From positions 38,192,001 through 38,256,000 of the forward strand of contig NC_043012.1 of NCBI RefSeq assembly GCF_006345805.1: a stretch of 64,000 bases of DNA, read 5' to 3'. The DNA is from Octopus sinensis. Its lineage: Eukaryota. Shown here piece by piece: positions 25,189-38,446 of the stretch. A program made the translations under genes and the position numbers. Every line of letters starts with the position of its first letter. Positions within the stretch are counted from its first letter, which is position 1. The notes below the pieces were generated by a model that was given only the letters and a program-made list of their open reading frames with translations, did not search any database and had not been told where the DNA came from.

Positions 25189-28100
25189 TAGAGATACCCG
25201 GCGTTGCCTGGTTACATTCAATTGAAGAATTAGACTTTTCTGTTATATATACATGGATACACACACACACATCTATATGCATATTAATATAAAAACATGA
25301 AAGTACACGAAGTTTGTTAAAAAAAGGGGGGTCATGTATATACCTCCTGGCTGTTGAGATTATAACACCTCGTTGTAAACAATGTTCCTTGTTTTTCCTT
25401 GTGGAGCATATAGAAAAAGGTTTCTTTTTGTTCTTACTCTTGAGCAGCCAACAAACAGTTGCCCATGCGAGAAGCAGGGCTCTTCCAAGAGAAGACCAGC
25501 TACAGAGAGGGTTTGACCCTGAGATTTGTTAATGGACATGAGAAAGCTGACACAAAGGGGGAATTGCAGTCTTCTGAATGTAAATGGAATTTCTGCTCAT
25601 GATGGAGTAAGAGGAATTCTTGGAATAAAGACGTCATCACCTTTTCCACATCCAGAAAGATTGATCGCCTCGATAACGCGTGACATCATTTTCTTTATCA
25701 CCAGCCGTGTTCCATTGCAAAGTTTTGGTGGCTCCAGATTGCGGAGTAGCATTACAGGAGTTCCAACTTTAAATGCTAATATGTGTGGAGGTAGTCCAGG
25801 AGGCTCCATTGAATTGAGAAATTCAGAAGGATAGTTAACAACTTCATTTATATCTGGAATTGTATCAACAGACATGTGTGTATAGTGCCGGGAAGAGAAT
25901 GCATTAGCTGTTGATTAACTTTGTTAACAGCGACGTTTTTTGGAGCTAATACTGCTCTTTCACACAGCCAATTGTGATTTTGGTAGTTTTGTGTGAAGTT
26001 GGGAAAGACTTTGTTTTTGAGGTCATCTACAGAATTAACAACAGAGGAAAATGACCACACTTCCATTTGTCCTGCAGCATCGAGAGGCATCTTGCCTTCA
26101 CCAAGTGTCAAAATGTCCTGGGCAAAATTTGTGGACATTTTGTCGCCGTGTAGCTGAGCTCTCATGTTAATGGTGAGACTGAGGATTGTAACATGATGCC
26201 ACAGGGTAGAGGACTTTAGACATGCTTGGACTTCATCTGCTCTAGTGCCTTTCGGAATGACAGGAAGAGTTTGCCTGAAATCACCTGACAACAGAAGCGT
26301 TACACCTCCCATTGGAGCCTGACAGTCTCGGATGTCTTTCAGGGCTCTATCTAATGCTTCCAAAGCTCCCCTGTGTGCACTCATCCCAGACAATTAGATG
26401 ACACATTTTAAGTACTTGTCCCTAATCTGAGCTTTTGTTGATGTTGCATGAAGGCATTTCGGATGCTGCTAAATTGAGAGGGAGTTTAAAAGTTGAGTGT
26501 GCTGTCCTGCCACCGGGTAACAAAATAGCTGCAATGCCAGAGGAGGCTACTGCAATGTCCTGATGCTGCCTAACTTCTGCAAGGAGAAGCTTTGTAATAA
26601 ATGTTTTTCCCGAGGAAGAAGAGTCGTCCCTCGCGTTGGCGTACACTATTAAGAATAGTTCTGTAGGCCTGCAGCTGGTCTGGAAGTAATTTAGGCTCAT
26701 TTTCAACAATGTACTTTGAAAGCGCTTGAGTGTCGTAGGTTGTTTCACGAATGACAGCAGTGGGAAGGCTATTTGACCCTGATCTGAATGCTTGTGGCAG
26801 ACCATACGTCGACAATTCATTTCCACCCAGTTCAGCAACTCTGTCTTCAATGTCAATGAGTGTTTTGTTATAGATTTCATTGCTGATACCCTCCATGTCA
26901 GGATAGAGCAGTTGAACTTGGCGCTGAAATTCTTCAGCCAGGTTGTCCCTATATTTGAGTCATAGAGTGGCCGGATCACACAGTTCGCATGCCTGTAGTA
27001 ATACTGCAAATAGTGCCCTGAGACTTTTAGGTGATTTTAATAAAGTTGCATCCCATTGTGCACAATCTTCTAACAGATCGTGTCGATAGCAGGCTTCTCT
27101 GTATGTTGTGCAGACATGTCCATGAACGGTTTTTAGGGCCTGGAAAGACGTTGGCCCTCTGACCTCATGCAGTAGTAGACGAAGGTAGAAGCACTCTTGT
27201 TGAGTGGGATGCACTGTGCGTACTCGGCCAAGGCAAGTGAGAATCTTAATGCCAGGGTATCCATGAACATTTTGACCTGCTTTCCGTGGGGCCCATTTTT
27301 TTCCATTCCAAGTGTAGTACGATGGAATCTGTGGATACAGCAAGGTTTGAGCGAATGGATCCACTTGACAAAGCTTGAAGAATGCAGTGAGTGTGCTATC
27401 CCTTGGTTCCTCTGCCAACAGAGAAGCATTAGCATCGGTGAAGTACACTCTTTGACCATTTTCCAGATGCACTGCAAGCTGTTGAATGGCGGGGTGTCGT
27501 TGGTGAATTGGAAAGCCAAAGATGCGCCAGAAAGCCTCGTTGCTACTTATGTACCGTCCCACCTGATAATGCGTCACCTTATCCTGGCAGTATTCTTGTT
27601 GAAGTCCAAACATTGCAGCGTCAGAACCCTTGTTTACATATTTGCAAACGTACTTGATGGATTTAATGGAGTTGCAAAACTCAACGTTGATGTGGGCATT
27701 GAAAGTCTTTGACAGGAGTGGGCAGTATGGAACAATCCATCTATTATCAATATAGTGCTGTCCAATAGTTGCTGTGAAATCTCCGTATTCTGGTTTTCTG
27801 CGTCTGTATGATGGATACCCATCAGCACCTGTCTGAGTTTCTTGTAGGAACCTCCTTGGAAATCGTTTTGAACATATGCTGTCCTTCAAGCATGATGTGT
27901 TTATGTTGAATCCACGCCCACATGGACCATGTACCATGTTTGCTTTAACTATTTCTTATAGTTCTTTGTATAAAGCTGGATCAGGAAGCTCTGCAGAGAT
28001 TATCTTGTTGATGTCATTGGAATTGATCTTCGCTGAGAGCCAAAGCAGGATATGAGCATGTGGAAGGCCCCTTTTTTCCACTCGATTGTGTACATGTCAC

Positions 28101-31100
28101 ATTGTATGGGCCCAAAGACTTGCCCTTTTTGTATGAGCTCCATGAGAGAGATTAACTTCAGATGGAAAACTCGGGCGAGGAGGTCCTGCCTGTCTTTAGG
28201 CTTTTGACCGAAGAAGAGTTTGGCTTGAATCTCCTTCCACTTGGAATTGCATGTGAAAGTTATGAATAGGTCAGGCCTGTCGTAATGGCGGACAAAGGTC
28301 ATTGCATCCTGTGTTCTTTTATGCATGTATCGGGGACTTCCAGTGAATGTAGAAGGCAAGATGCAAAGTCTTCCTATGTTTTTTGGAGCAGCATCATTGT
28401 CGATGGCATCTCGGAGATGGATGTAGCTCTCAGATCGCAATTTTTTTTATGTAACCTGATGAAACACAATCTCTCTGATTCCATTTTTTGCGCACATATC
28501 GACTGCAAATTGATGAAACAGCTCTCGAGACTGGTGGAGGTGATTACAGCAGTTGTTTCGGGTCATAAATCTGTATGAGTAGAAGTCTATGCAGGATATT
28601 GGCTTGTTGAGATGTTCATTAAGATTTTGAGGATGTTGCTGTAGTAGACCGATGTGGTAGCCATTCTCACCATTAACAAACAGAAGTGGGTATTGAAGTG
28701 AATCATATGATCTGTGTGTTTCACTAATTCGTTGGAGGGTGGTGTCACGTCACCTGAGGACAATGTCTCTGGGATTGTGCTATTCACCGTGAAGGAGTAC
28801 AGCTATTTCATTGCGTGTGGGTGCATTGTAACGGCCTGCATGTTCCCTAGATGGTCTTTTCTGGGCATCAAAGATAACATTAAAATTTGATGAATCTTCA
28901 GTTTCCAAGGTATACTTGAAGATGCGTACGTAGCTATTTTTCTGGTGCAAAAGGTCTTGCAGTTGCATTATCAACTGAAAGTTAGTACCTGTGGAAATGG
29001 AATTTCGTCGGGTGGTTTGCTCATGTAAATTGCCTACAAAATACAGTTGAAGGATATGAGGATCTTGATTTTCAGCAGGTTCGAGTGATCCTATCCTTTG
29101 GTAAACCTGTCCCGGCACTTTGAAAATAGGCATAAACCCGCCTTCTTGAACAACATTAGCGCCGAAAGATGTCATTTGGAATGCACAATTGTACTTCCGG
29201 ATGTTATTCAGGAAATGCTTCGACTCCGTAGTTGTGCCAGCGTAGAGTGACTTTAAGAGCTGTGGTGGATCCTGCAGTGAAGAGAGGTTAACTTTTTCAT
29301 TAGCGCAACACATTGCAGGAGTTTCTCTTGACCACTTCTTAGCATTGCAGAAAGAGAAAGTGATGGACATATTGCCAATGTTCATATCTGGGTGGCGGCA
29401 ATCGTAATGAAGGTTAGGGTTGTATTGGAAAGCCTTTAATAACCATCGTGAGCTGCATGGCGTTGAAAATCCTCGTCTATGAGCTCTTTGTTGAGTTGAA
29501 GTCTGCAGCATAGTACATCTCTGTTGTAAGGTGTAGGAAGCTCGCGCAGCAGCCATGTTGGAAGCATTCCTGAGCAGGCGTGTAGCGCGTTCGTTTTTCT
29601 TCTCTGCAGCTCGTGCAGCAGCAGTTGAGGCAGCAACAGCAGTTCGTCGAACTTTACCCCGGTGATCTGTTTGAAGTGCTCTTGAATTGGCAGTACGTCG
29701 AGCATTTTGTGATCGTATGATGTAAGTTTCGACTGACGATTCATTGGTCCTTCTTGCTGATGTTCTTGCAGCTTTCGCAGTTTTGCGTCCAATTGAAGAA
29801 GTCTTTCTTCGGGGCATGATGTAAAAGAAGCGTGATGAAATGCAGTGAGATACACTGTGAAGTATGAAATATTAATTGAAGGGTTAGTATGTAACTGGAG
29901 AGTAGTTGAAAACCTGCAACTGCTGTGGTAATAATGAAGTGGTAGTAAGTAGAACGGTGAATGTATAAAATTAGATGATATTAGTGTTATGAAATGAAAA
30001 TGAGAAATGAAACAGTTGTGAAAAAGAAGGCGAGAAAAATGGTAAGAGCAAAGGAGAAATTGTTTATGAATTGCGTTGAGAATGTTGTCGTTTGTGTGAA
30101 CATGAAGTGTGGATGTTGTTTGTCAAAGTATGGCTGCTTTGTCGTCTAGATTGGATAGGGAAAGGGTTAATGAAAGAGCAAGCGGATGAGTTGCTTAGGT
30201 TTGTTTAGTGGTGCTTGTTGGGCAGAAGCTGCCATTGATGCTGCATGTAAGTCTAGGAATGGTTAAAGGTAAGTTGGTAGGTCTGCAGGTTCCCAGAAAG
30301 GAAGAAGAAAAAACACTCACGTGAAATTTAAATGCGTGCATTAGCACACATTTCAGTAATGAAAACTGAAAGAAGTGTGAGTGACTTTGGTCGTTGTGAA
30401 GTCTCCTGTTCCGCTAACCTTAACGTAAGAAATTGAAAAGAATTGAAAATGTAAGAAATTGACTGAAGAAATGTAAAAGGTTGCTCGGCGTCCACATTAC
30501 GGAAGAAGTATGGAAATATTTGGAAATAAGTGAAAATGTAAAAATGAGGAGTAGGGACAGGGAATTGAAAATGATTGCATAATTGGAATGTCCGTGATGG
30601 GAAACATATGAATCCACTGGAAAAGAAAGAAAGGAGGGTTTTGGGGGTTGATATGCAGGTGTGCTTATAAACATTAACCGATGTGGCTGTTATTTGTAGC
30701 ACGTCGTGCTACCAGTGGACAGGTATTTGCGAGAAGCCATTAGGTGGTAGCAGCGCGTGCAAGAAATAGCAGTGAAATGTTTCATATTTCCTTAGTGAAA
30801 TGTGTGTAGGAATGATTGTAGGTAAGTTAGTTGGTCTGCAGGCCCACATAATTAAAGAAGGGCAAAAATATGGGGCACGCGTTTCAGTAAGGAGAACGGG
30901 AAAGACTGGGAGCGTTCTCACTCGGTAGGAAGTACCGTGTTCCCCTATTTTTAATGATGAAGTTGAAAAGAAATGAAACGGTAATAAATTGACTGCAGAA
31001 ATGTAAAAGATTGCTGGGCACCGGCATTAGGGTAGAAGTATGGAATTATTTTGAAAGAAATGAAAATGTAAAAATGAGGAGTGAATTGAAAATGATTGCA

Positions 31101-32452
31101 TGATTGGAATGTCATTAATGGAAAGCATGAATCCGCTGTAAAAGAAAGAAAAGTGTTTGGAGTTGATATGCAGGTGTACTTGTAAACATTAACGGATTTG
31201 GTTGGTATTTGTAACACGTCATGGTACCAGTGAACAGCTATTTGCGTAAATCCGTTACGTGGTAGCAGCGTGTGATAGAAATAGCAGTGAAATGTTTTAT
31301 ATTGATGCAATTTACAAAGAAGAAATGTTACATACCGATATCCGGAAAATGAATGAATGTGCTTTAGTTGATCAGTCTTGCTTTGATAGAGCAATGGTGT
31401 GAATGAGAATACGAGAGAAATAGTAATACGAGAGGACAGAGTGATTATGAATCGTGTTGCGAATATTATTTGGCTGGAAATGAATTCTGTCGTATTTATA
31501 AGAAAGCAGACAGCTAGAAGGATGAAGGTATCAGTGGTGGTATAGTGGTGTGGGGTCGTTTGAATTGTCCGCACGCTATGAAGGTTAGAAGTGGATGACA
31601 ATATACTTCACTTGATAAGGTAGCATGCGGTAAATATCTGTTACCATCTTCCATTGTCCCGTAGTGAGAAGTAAGTTTTATTTCCCTGTGTTGGGAATGA
31701 AATGAGAATGAGATGTAAGGGGACAATGTTTTTGAGATTCCGGTTCGAATGTAAGGCACGTTTGAAAGTGTTCCCAACAGTTATTAGTTGTAGTGGTAGA
31801 GTGTTTATGCCGAATATGTACGTATGCAAGTATATATTTGTATGTATGCCTGTATATATGTACAAAATCCACTGAGAAGGCTTTTGTTGGTCTGAGGCTA
31901 CAGCAGAAGACACATGCCAAGTCACCACACAGTGGGACTGAACCCAGGACCATGTGTTTGGAACGTAGTTTGTTACCACACAGCCACACCTGCCCCTATG
32001 TATGTGTGTGTGTGTGTGCATACGTGTGTATGGGTAGATATATTATGCATGTATATATGTGTATATATATGTGTACATATTACCTGTACACCTATATATA
32101 TACATGTACACATAAAATACAAAATACAAAGTTATATCTTGATATCGCTAATTTAATTATTACTTACTACATATAATTCAATTGCTATTATTTTTATTGT
32201 TAAAGTGAAAGTATCTGACATAAAATAGAGAAACGTTTTGTTTCACTTTTAACACGTAATACTGAAATAGTGGAGAAGATATGATATTGCTATGGGCTCG
32301 GTCTATGCAAGAAGTTGAACATTTCTTTTACCCATGAATCTACATGGACCCTAAGTAAGGCATGTGTAAAATTTGAATGAAATTGGTTGTGTAGTTCTCA
32401 AGTTTTAGGGAAACACAGACAGACACACATTCTCAGTTTTATATATATAAAG
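25188..32452 (-). mobile_element. Helitron, end-to-end but decayed
   Basis: 5' A|TCTTATATATATAAAACTG at 32452; 3' hairpin CCAGGC-AAC-GCCGGG then CTAG|T at 25188-25191; inserted in (TA)n; encodes RepHel fragments. Confidence 0.92.
25360..29817 (-). pseudogene. Helitron RepHel (HUH Rep + PIF1-like SF1 helicase), frameshifted
   Basis: Motifs across frames: CSFC..CC Zn-finger-like N-terminus, NIRKYNCAFQMTSFG, PDLFITFTCN, KRGLPHAHIL (frameshifted), MVHGPCG, YVCKYVNKGSD, GKT/ASSGIAA/GRTAHSTFKLP, GDFRQTLPV, CNGTRL, SINKSQGQTL, HGQLFVGCSRV; stop at 25360-62. Confidence 0.93.
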
Positions 32453-32603
32453 ATATATATATATACACATACACGACGGGAGCTTCTTTATAATAGAAGG
32501 TAGCTCGCAGATGAACTAAAGGCAGAACCATGTGTTTGGGAAACATGCTCCTGATCTCACAGCCATGCCAGCGCTTCCATTTGTCTTTACGTTATGCATG
32601 AGC

Positions 32604-32656
<53 letters not shown>

Positions 32657-32703
32657 TGTATATATATATATACGTATATATATATATATACATATATATA
32701 TAC

Positions 32704-32775
<72 letters not shown>

Positions 32776-33175
32776 ATATATATATGGTGCAAGCATGGCT
32801 GTGTGGTAAGAAGCTTGCTTCCCATCCACGTGGTTCCGCGTTCAGTCCCACTGCATGGCACCTTACACAGGGGTTTTCTGCTATAATCTAGGGCCGACTA
32901 AAACCTTGTGAGTGGATTTGACAGACGGAAATTGAAAGAAGCCCGTTGTATACACGTATATATATGTATATGTTTGTGTGTCTGTGTTTGTCCATCACCA
33001 TCGCTTGACAACCGATGTTGATGTGTTTGCGTCCCGTAGGTTAGCGGTTTGGCAAAAGGAGAACGACAGAATAAGTACTACGCTTACAAAGAATAAGTGC
33101 TGGGGTCAATTGTTCGACTAAAGGCGGTGCTCCAGCATGACTGCAGTAAAATGGCTGAAAAGAATGCACACACAT

Positions 33176-33206
<31 letters not shown>

Positions 33207-34738
33207 CATATATATGTATATATATATATATGTACGTATATATATTTACACATGTATGTATATGCATTTCTTAGTGCTTGTACTGTTTGTGCTCACACAA
33301 ATGTAAAACACATATATATACACACAAACATACGTGATTATAAAATATATACAAATAAAATATACACACATATTTGTAGACAAGCATACACACACACACA
33401 CACGTGGACCATGGACACTTTCCATGGACACACATTTATGGGATTACGAAATGTATGGATGGATGGGCAGGTGTGGACTGTCAGAATACTTGACGTTTTG
33501 AGTAGAGAAGGAAATAGGGCGATAATATGGACGTGAATATGAGGAAATGTGAGAAACACAAATAGATAATATGGAAAGAAAGAGTGAGAGAGTGGGAGTG
33601 AGAGGTAGAGTGTGACAGAGAGGGAGTGAGAGAGAGTGAGAGAGAGAGAGACAGGGAGATGGAAGCGACGAAAAGAACATTTAGGGAAAGACAATGGAAG
33701 TGTTAGGCAGAGAAGTATATACATATACATGCGTATATGCATAAACAGACGAATATTTAAAGAAATAAAGAGAGAAAGAGAGTGAGGGAGTGAGAAAGAG
33801 TGAGGGAAAGAAAGAGAGAGAAAGAGAAAGCGAAAGAGAGAGAGAAGACATAATCGAAATACAGGTAAGACAATAAAGGAAGAAAAAAGAATAGAAGGAT
33901 TGGATATTTATACACACACACATACACACACATACACACACACATTCACATACATGTATGTATAATAAATAAATGAATATTTTGATTTTGTAGATTTTGT
34001 TCCAATTATGGTATGCGCGTTTCCATAACATGGCTATTCATTTCTTCACCATGCATTGCGTAATATCAATTATATAAGCAAAACCATTTCGTCAGGTATT
34101 GAACAACTGACAGATATAATTTGAACTGCGAAGATTTCAATTCGAATTCCAAGACAAAAATTATTTGGAAAAATTCAAACATATTTAAGCACATCAATGG
34201 AAGGCGGGGATTGAATGGAAAATACAGCCAATCAACGAGCGTTTTCACAGTAACAACGATATACGTAAGTGGAGATGGGAGTGGCCAGTTGACTTCCATT
34301 ACTCATCTGCAAGTGCTTTATAGACTGGGAATTCTATAGATGCTAATATGACAATGCATTGTTTAGTTGACGGCAAAACAATAATAAAACATTAGCGAAG
34401 AGCAACGTTATCGTAGAATCGTCACGACGTAGAGAGCAAGTATAATGGTTAAAATTGAAACACTATTACTATCACAAGACCGCAGCCAGCTGGTCGGGCA
34501 TGCCGGGCATGCCGGGCAAAATGCTAAGCGCATTTCGCCCATCATTACATTCTGAGTTCAAATTCCATCGATGTTGACTTTATCAGTCATTTCTTCGAGG
34601 CCGTTAAAATAAGTACCGATTGAGCCCTGGGGTTGATTATTCGACTTACCTCTCCCCTGAACTTGATGGCCTTGAGCCAAAGTTTGAAACCAGCATTATG
34701 ATTACCGGTGATGTATATATATATGTATGTATGCATAT

Positions 34739-34821
<83 letters not shown>

Positions 34822-35812
34822 CGTGGCTGTATGTAAGAAGCTTACTTCTCAAGCGCATGGTTCCGGGTTCAGCCCCACTACCTGAACCTTGGGTAAGTGC
34901 CTTGTAAATAGATTTGGTAGGCGGAGACTGAAAAAGTCCGTCGTACACACACACACACACATACATAGCCTAATTCATTTCAAGTTTCAAGTTATATTGT
35001 ACAGGAGAGTCCAAAAGAAGGGCGAAATAGTGCTATTTACGACAATCAGTGACTTCAAGAATTCATCCCATGGGAAGAAATAAATAAAAGAATTATATAG
35101 AAATCTATGCAGGCTCATCACTCTTGTATATAAATTCTTCAACATATTTCGAGCTGGAAGCGCTTCTTTCCCCATATGTAGCAGTCTTCAGCAGAACTAC
35201 GTTTATACTTGTATACCACCAAATGAAAGAGGATATCGGATGCTGGTATACATCGCTATTTTCAATGTGCTTTTGTCGCGTTGGCGTAGCTTTCGAATGA
35301 TGCCAACCGCTGGCTAGGAGGGTATTAGTCCGTTCCAGAGTTTCCCATTTAGAGCTGGCTGGACTGCGCCAACGTGAAATAAAATGTTTTAACCGAGAAC
35401 AAAGTACACCGCCGTTCTAGGAATCGAAACAACTGTTCCACTTAGCTCTCGGTTCAGTCTCACTGCGTAGCACCTTGGCCAAGTGTCTTCTACTATAGTT
35501 TCGGGGAGACCTTGTGGGCGGAAACTGAAAGAAACATGTCGTGTATACATACGAGTGTGTATGTGTATGTATATGTATATGTTTGTGTGTGTCTGTGTTT
35601 GTCCCGCCACCATCGCTTGACAACCTATGCTGGTGTGTTTACATCCCCCCATAAATACGCGGTTCGGCAAAAGAGACCGATAGAATAAATACTAGGCTTA
35701 CAAAGAATAAGTCCTTGGGTGGATTCGTTCGACTAAAGGCGGTGAACAAGCATGGACGCAATCAAATGACTAAAACAACTAAAAAACAACAGAAGAGCAT
35801 ATATATCTATAT

Positions 35813-35852
<40 letters not shown>

Positions 35853-36053
35853 CATACCTATGCAAATATATTATATACGAGTGGTAATTATTTATGCAAA
35901 AATGGTATCCATACATATATTCATATACGCTGAGATTGTTGACTCATATATTCCTCTATGTGTTTGTGAGTGTATGCGTAATCGATAACTTAATCAATAC
36001 TTCAAAGTGCTGGATATGTTCTTTTGCAGTATGTATATATATATGTATATATG

Positions 36054-36100
<47 letters not shown>

Positions 36101-36210
36101 GCACACACACACATATATATATATATATATGTATATATATATGTATATATGTATATGTATATATGTATATGTATATATATATGTATATGTATATATATAT
36201 GTATATATAT

Positions 36211-36244
<34 letters not shown>

Positions 36245-36493
36245 CACTATATCTATATGTATATATATGCATGCTCTTTGTATATGTGTGTGTATTCATG
36301 TGTCTATGTGTATATGTAGTTTTGCATGCATATAAGTGTTTTTATATTCATATGTGAAGTGCGTATACCCGCATATATATATATATATATATGTATGCTT
36401 ATGCATTATCATTTATTATCGAATATATGTCTATGCATGAATGTTGATGCGTAGAATGTGAAAAGTATAAATATCGAAGTGTGTGTGTGTGTA

Positions 36494-36524
<31 letters not shown>

Positions 36525-36706
36525 ATTAGTGTGTGAGTGAGCGTGTTTGCCTATGTATGTGTTTGTTTAAGTATATTTTCATATGGAAATACACTGAATA
36601 CTATACATGTATATGTTTACGTGTGATTGTGTATATGTGTGTATTTTAGTTATGCATATGTATTAGTTTTTGCGTATTCATTGCTTATATATATGCATAT
36701 GTATAT

Positions 36707-36749
<43 letters not shown>

Positions 36750-36969
36750 TATATACACATCCATATATATATATATATATACAAATACATGCATATACAC
36801 ACACACATTTATACACACATTTGCCTGTGTGTTAGTATATATACATATATATATATACATGTATAGTATATATATATAGTATATATGCTAACACACAGGC
36901 AAATGTGTATAAATGTGTGTGTGTATATGCATGTATTTGTATATATATATATATATATATGGATGTGTA

Positions 36970-37017
<48 letters not shown>

Positions 37018-37026
37018 TATATATAT

Positions 37027-37619
37027 ATGAATTAGGGTAAATGTTTAAATTTTCACCTTATTTCCGAATTACACTACTTGGCGGTTGGAGTTATGGCTGC
37101 TCTTTCTAGTGGACGAATGGCCTGTCTAGGCCATCCTAAATTGTTATATTTATACATATTTAGTCTTTGACTATTTTCTCTTTCCATTAGGCCGCTGGTA
37201 GCGATAAATTTTTACTGAATTTTTTGCTACCCTAAATGATTAATTGATAATTTTCTGACTAATTCTGAGATTGAATCGGCAGTTTATATTTGCTGCCGAT
37301 AAGTTGGGCGAATGCGTTGGTCTTGAAAATTTTAAGACAGGTATTCCCGAGGCATTGATACAGTCGCCTCGTATATATCCGTCTCTCCCAGGTTTCTTTT
37401 ACTGATGAAGTGTGACCTATGGTAGACTAGCTTAATTTAATTAATTAAGCTGGTCTATCATTAAAGACACTGAAACGATGCATCGTATAAAAGATGAATT
37501 AGGGTAAATGTTTTTAAATTTTCACCTTATTTCCGAATTACACTACTTGGCGGTTGGAGTTATGGCTGCTCTTTCTAGTGGACGAATGGCCTGTCTAGGC
37601 CATTCCTAAATTGTTATAT
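37027..37619 (+). mobile_element. Retrozyme-like / non-autonomous PLE-like element, about 1.27 units of a 467-nt repeat
   Basis: Direct repeat 37027-37149 vs 37494-37619 (offset 467), HHR immediately before the second copy, (TA)n on both sides, no ORF. Confidence 0.75.
37395..37494 (+). ncRNA. Type I hammerhead ribozyme, canonical core
   Basis: Stem I TCTTTTA(37395-401)/TAAAAGA(37488-94); core CTGATGA 37402-08; stem II AGTGT(37409-13)/ACACT(37467-71) enclosing a ~17-bp hairpin; GAAA 37472-75; stem III is the perfect palindrome ACGATGCATCGT (37475-86); GUA cleavage triplet, cut after 37487. Confidence 0.92.
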
Positions 37620-38322
37620 ATATATATATATATTATATATATATATAGCATATATATAAGCAATGACATACGCAAAACTAAATACATATGCATAACTAAA
37701 ATACACACATATACACAATCACACGTAAACATATACATGTATAGTATATAAATATATACGCATGTATGGATATATAAGTGTGTGTTAGATTGTATGATAA
37801 ACGAATATACGCATGCATGTATGCGTTTGTGTAGGTGTATAAGTATGTGTGTATGTGCGTGTATGAAAAAGCGTGATTGTATATACATATATGAATATAT
37901 ACAAACGTACACCCGAAACCGAGGCTTTCAAGCACCTGCATACATACATACATACATACATACATACATACATACATACATACATACATACATACATACA
38001 TACATACATACATACACGTATATGTATAAATACTTATCGCCTGCAAGACATTGTGAATAATTGGCTTCGACTGGCTACAGGTCACAGACACACATACACA
38101 TACACTGACTTACATACATAAACATACACTCACCGTAAATAGGTTATATGTATATATATCAGTGAAGACGAAGATACCCGTGGGGAATGTTAAAGCGAAG
38201 TCATGTAAACACTAAATTATGAGTGGAATCGCAGAGGCTTAATACCGAGATGTCGTCGTTTATCGCCTCGGCCATGTTTGTCTCCATTTCTAACACACGT
38301 TGCGTCATTTCCCTCTTCTTAG

Positions 38323-38380
<58 letters not shown>

Positions 38381-38401
38381 CTCTCTCCTTCTCTCTTTCT
38401 G

Positions 38402-38446
<45 letters not shown>

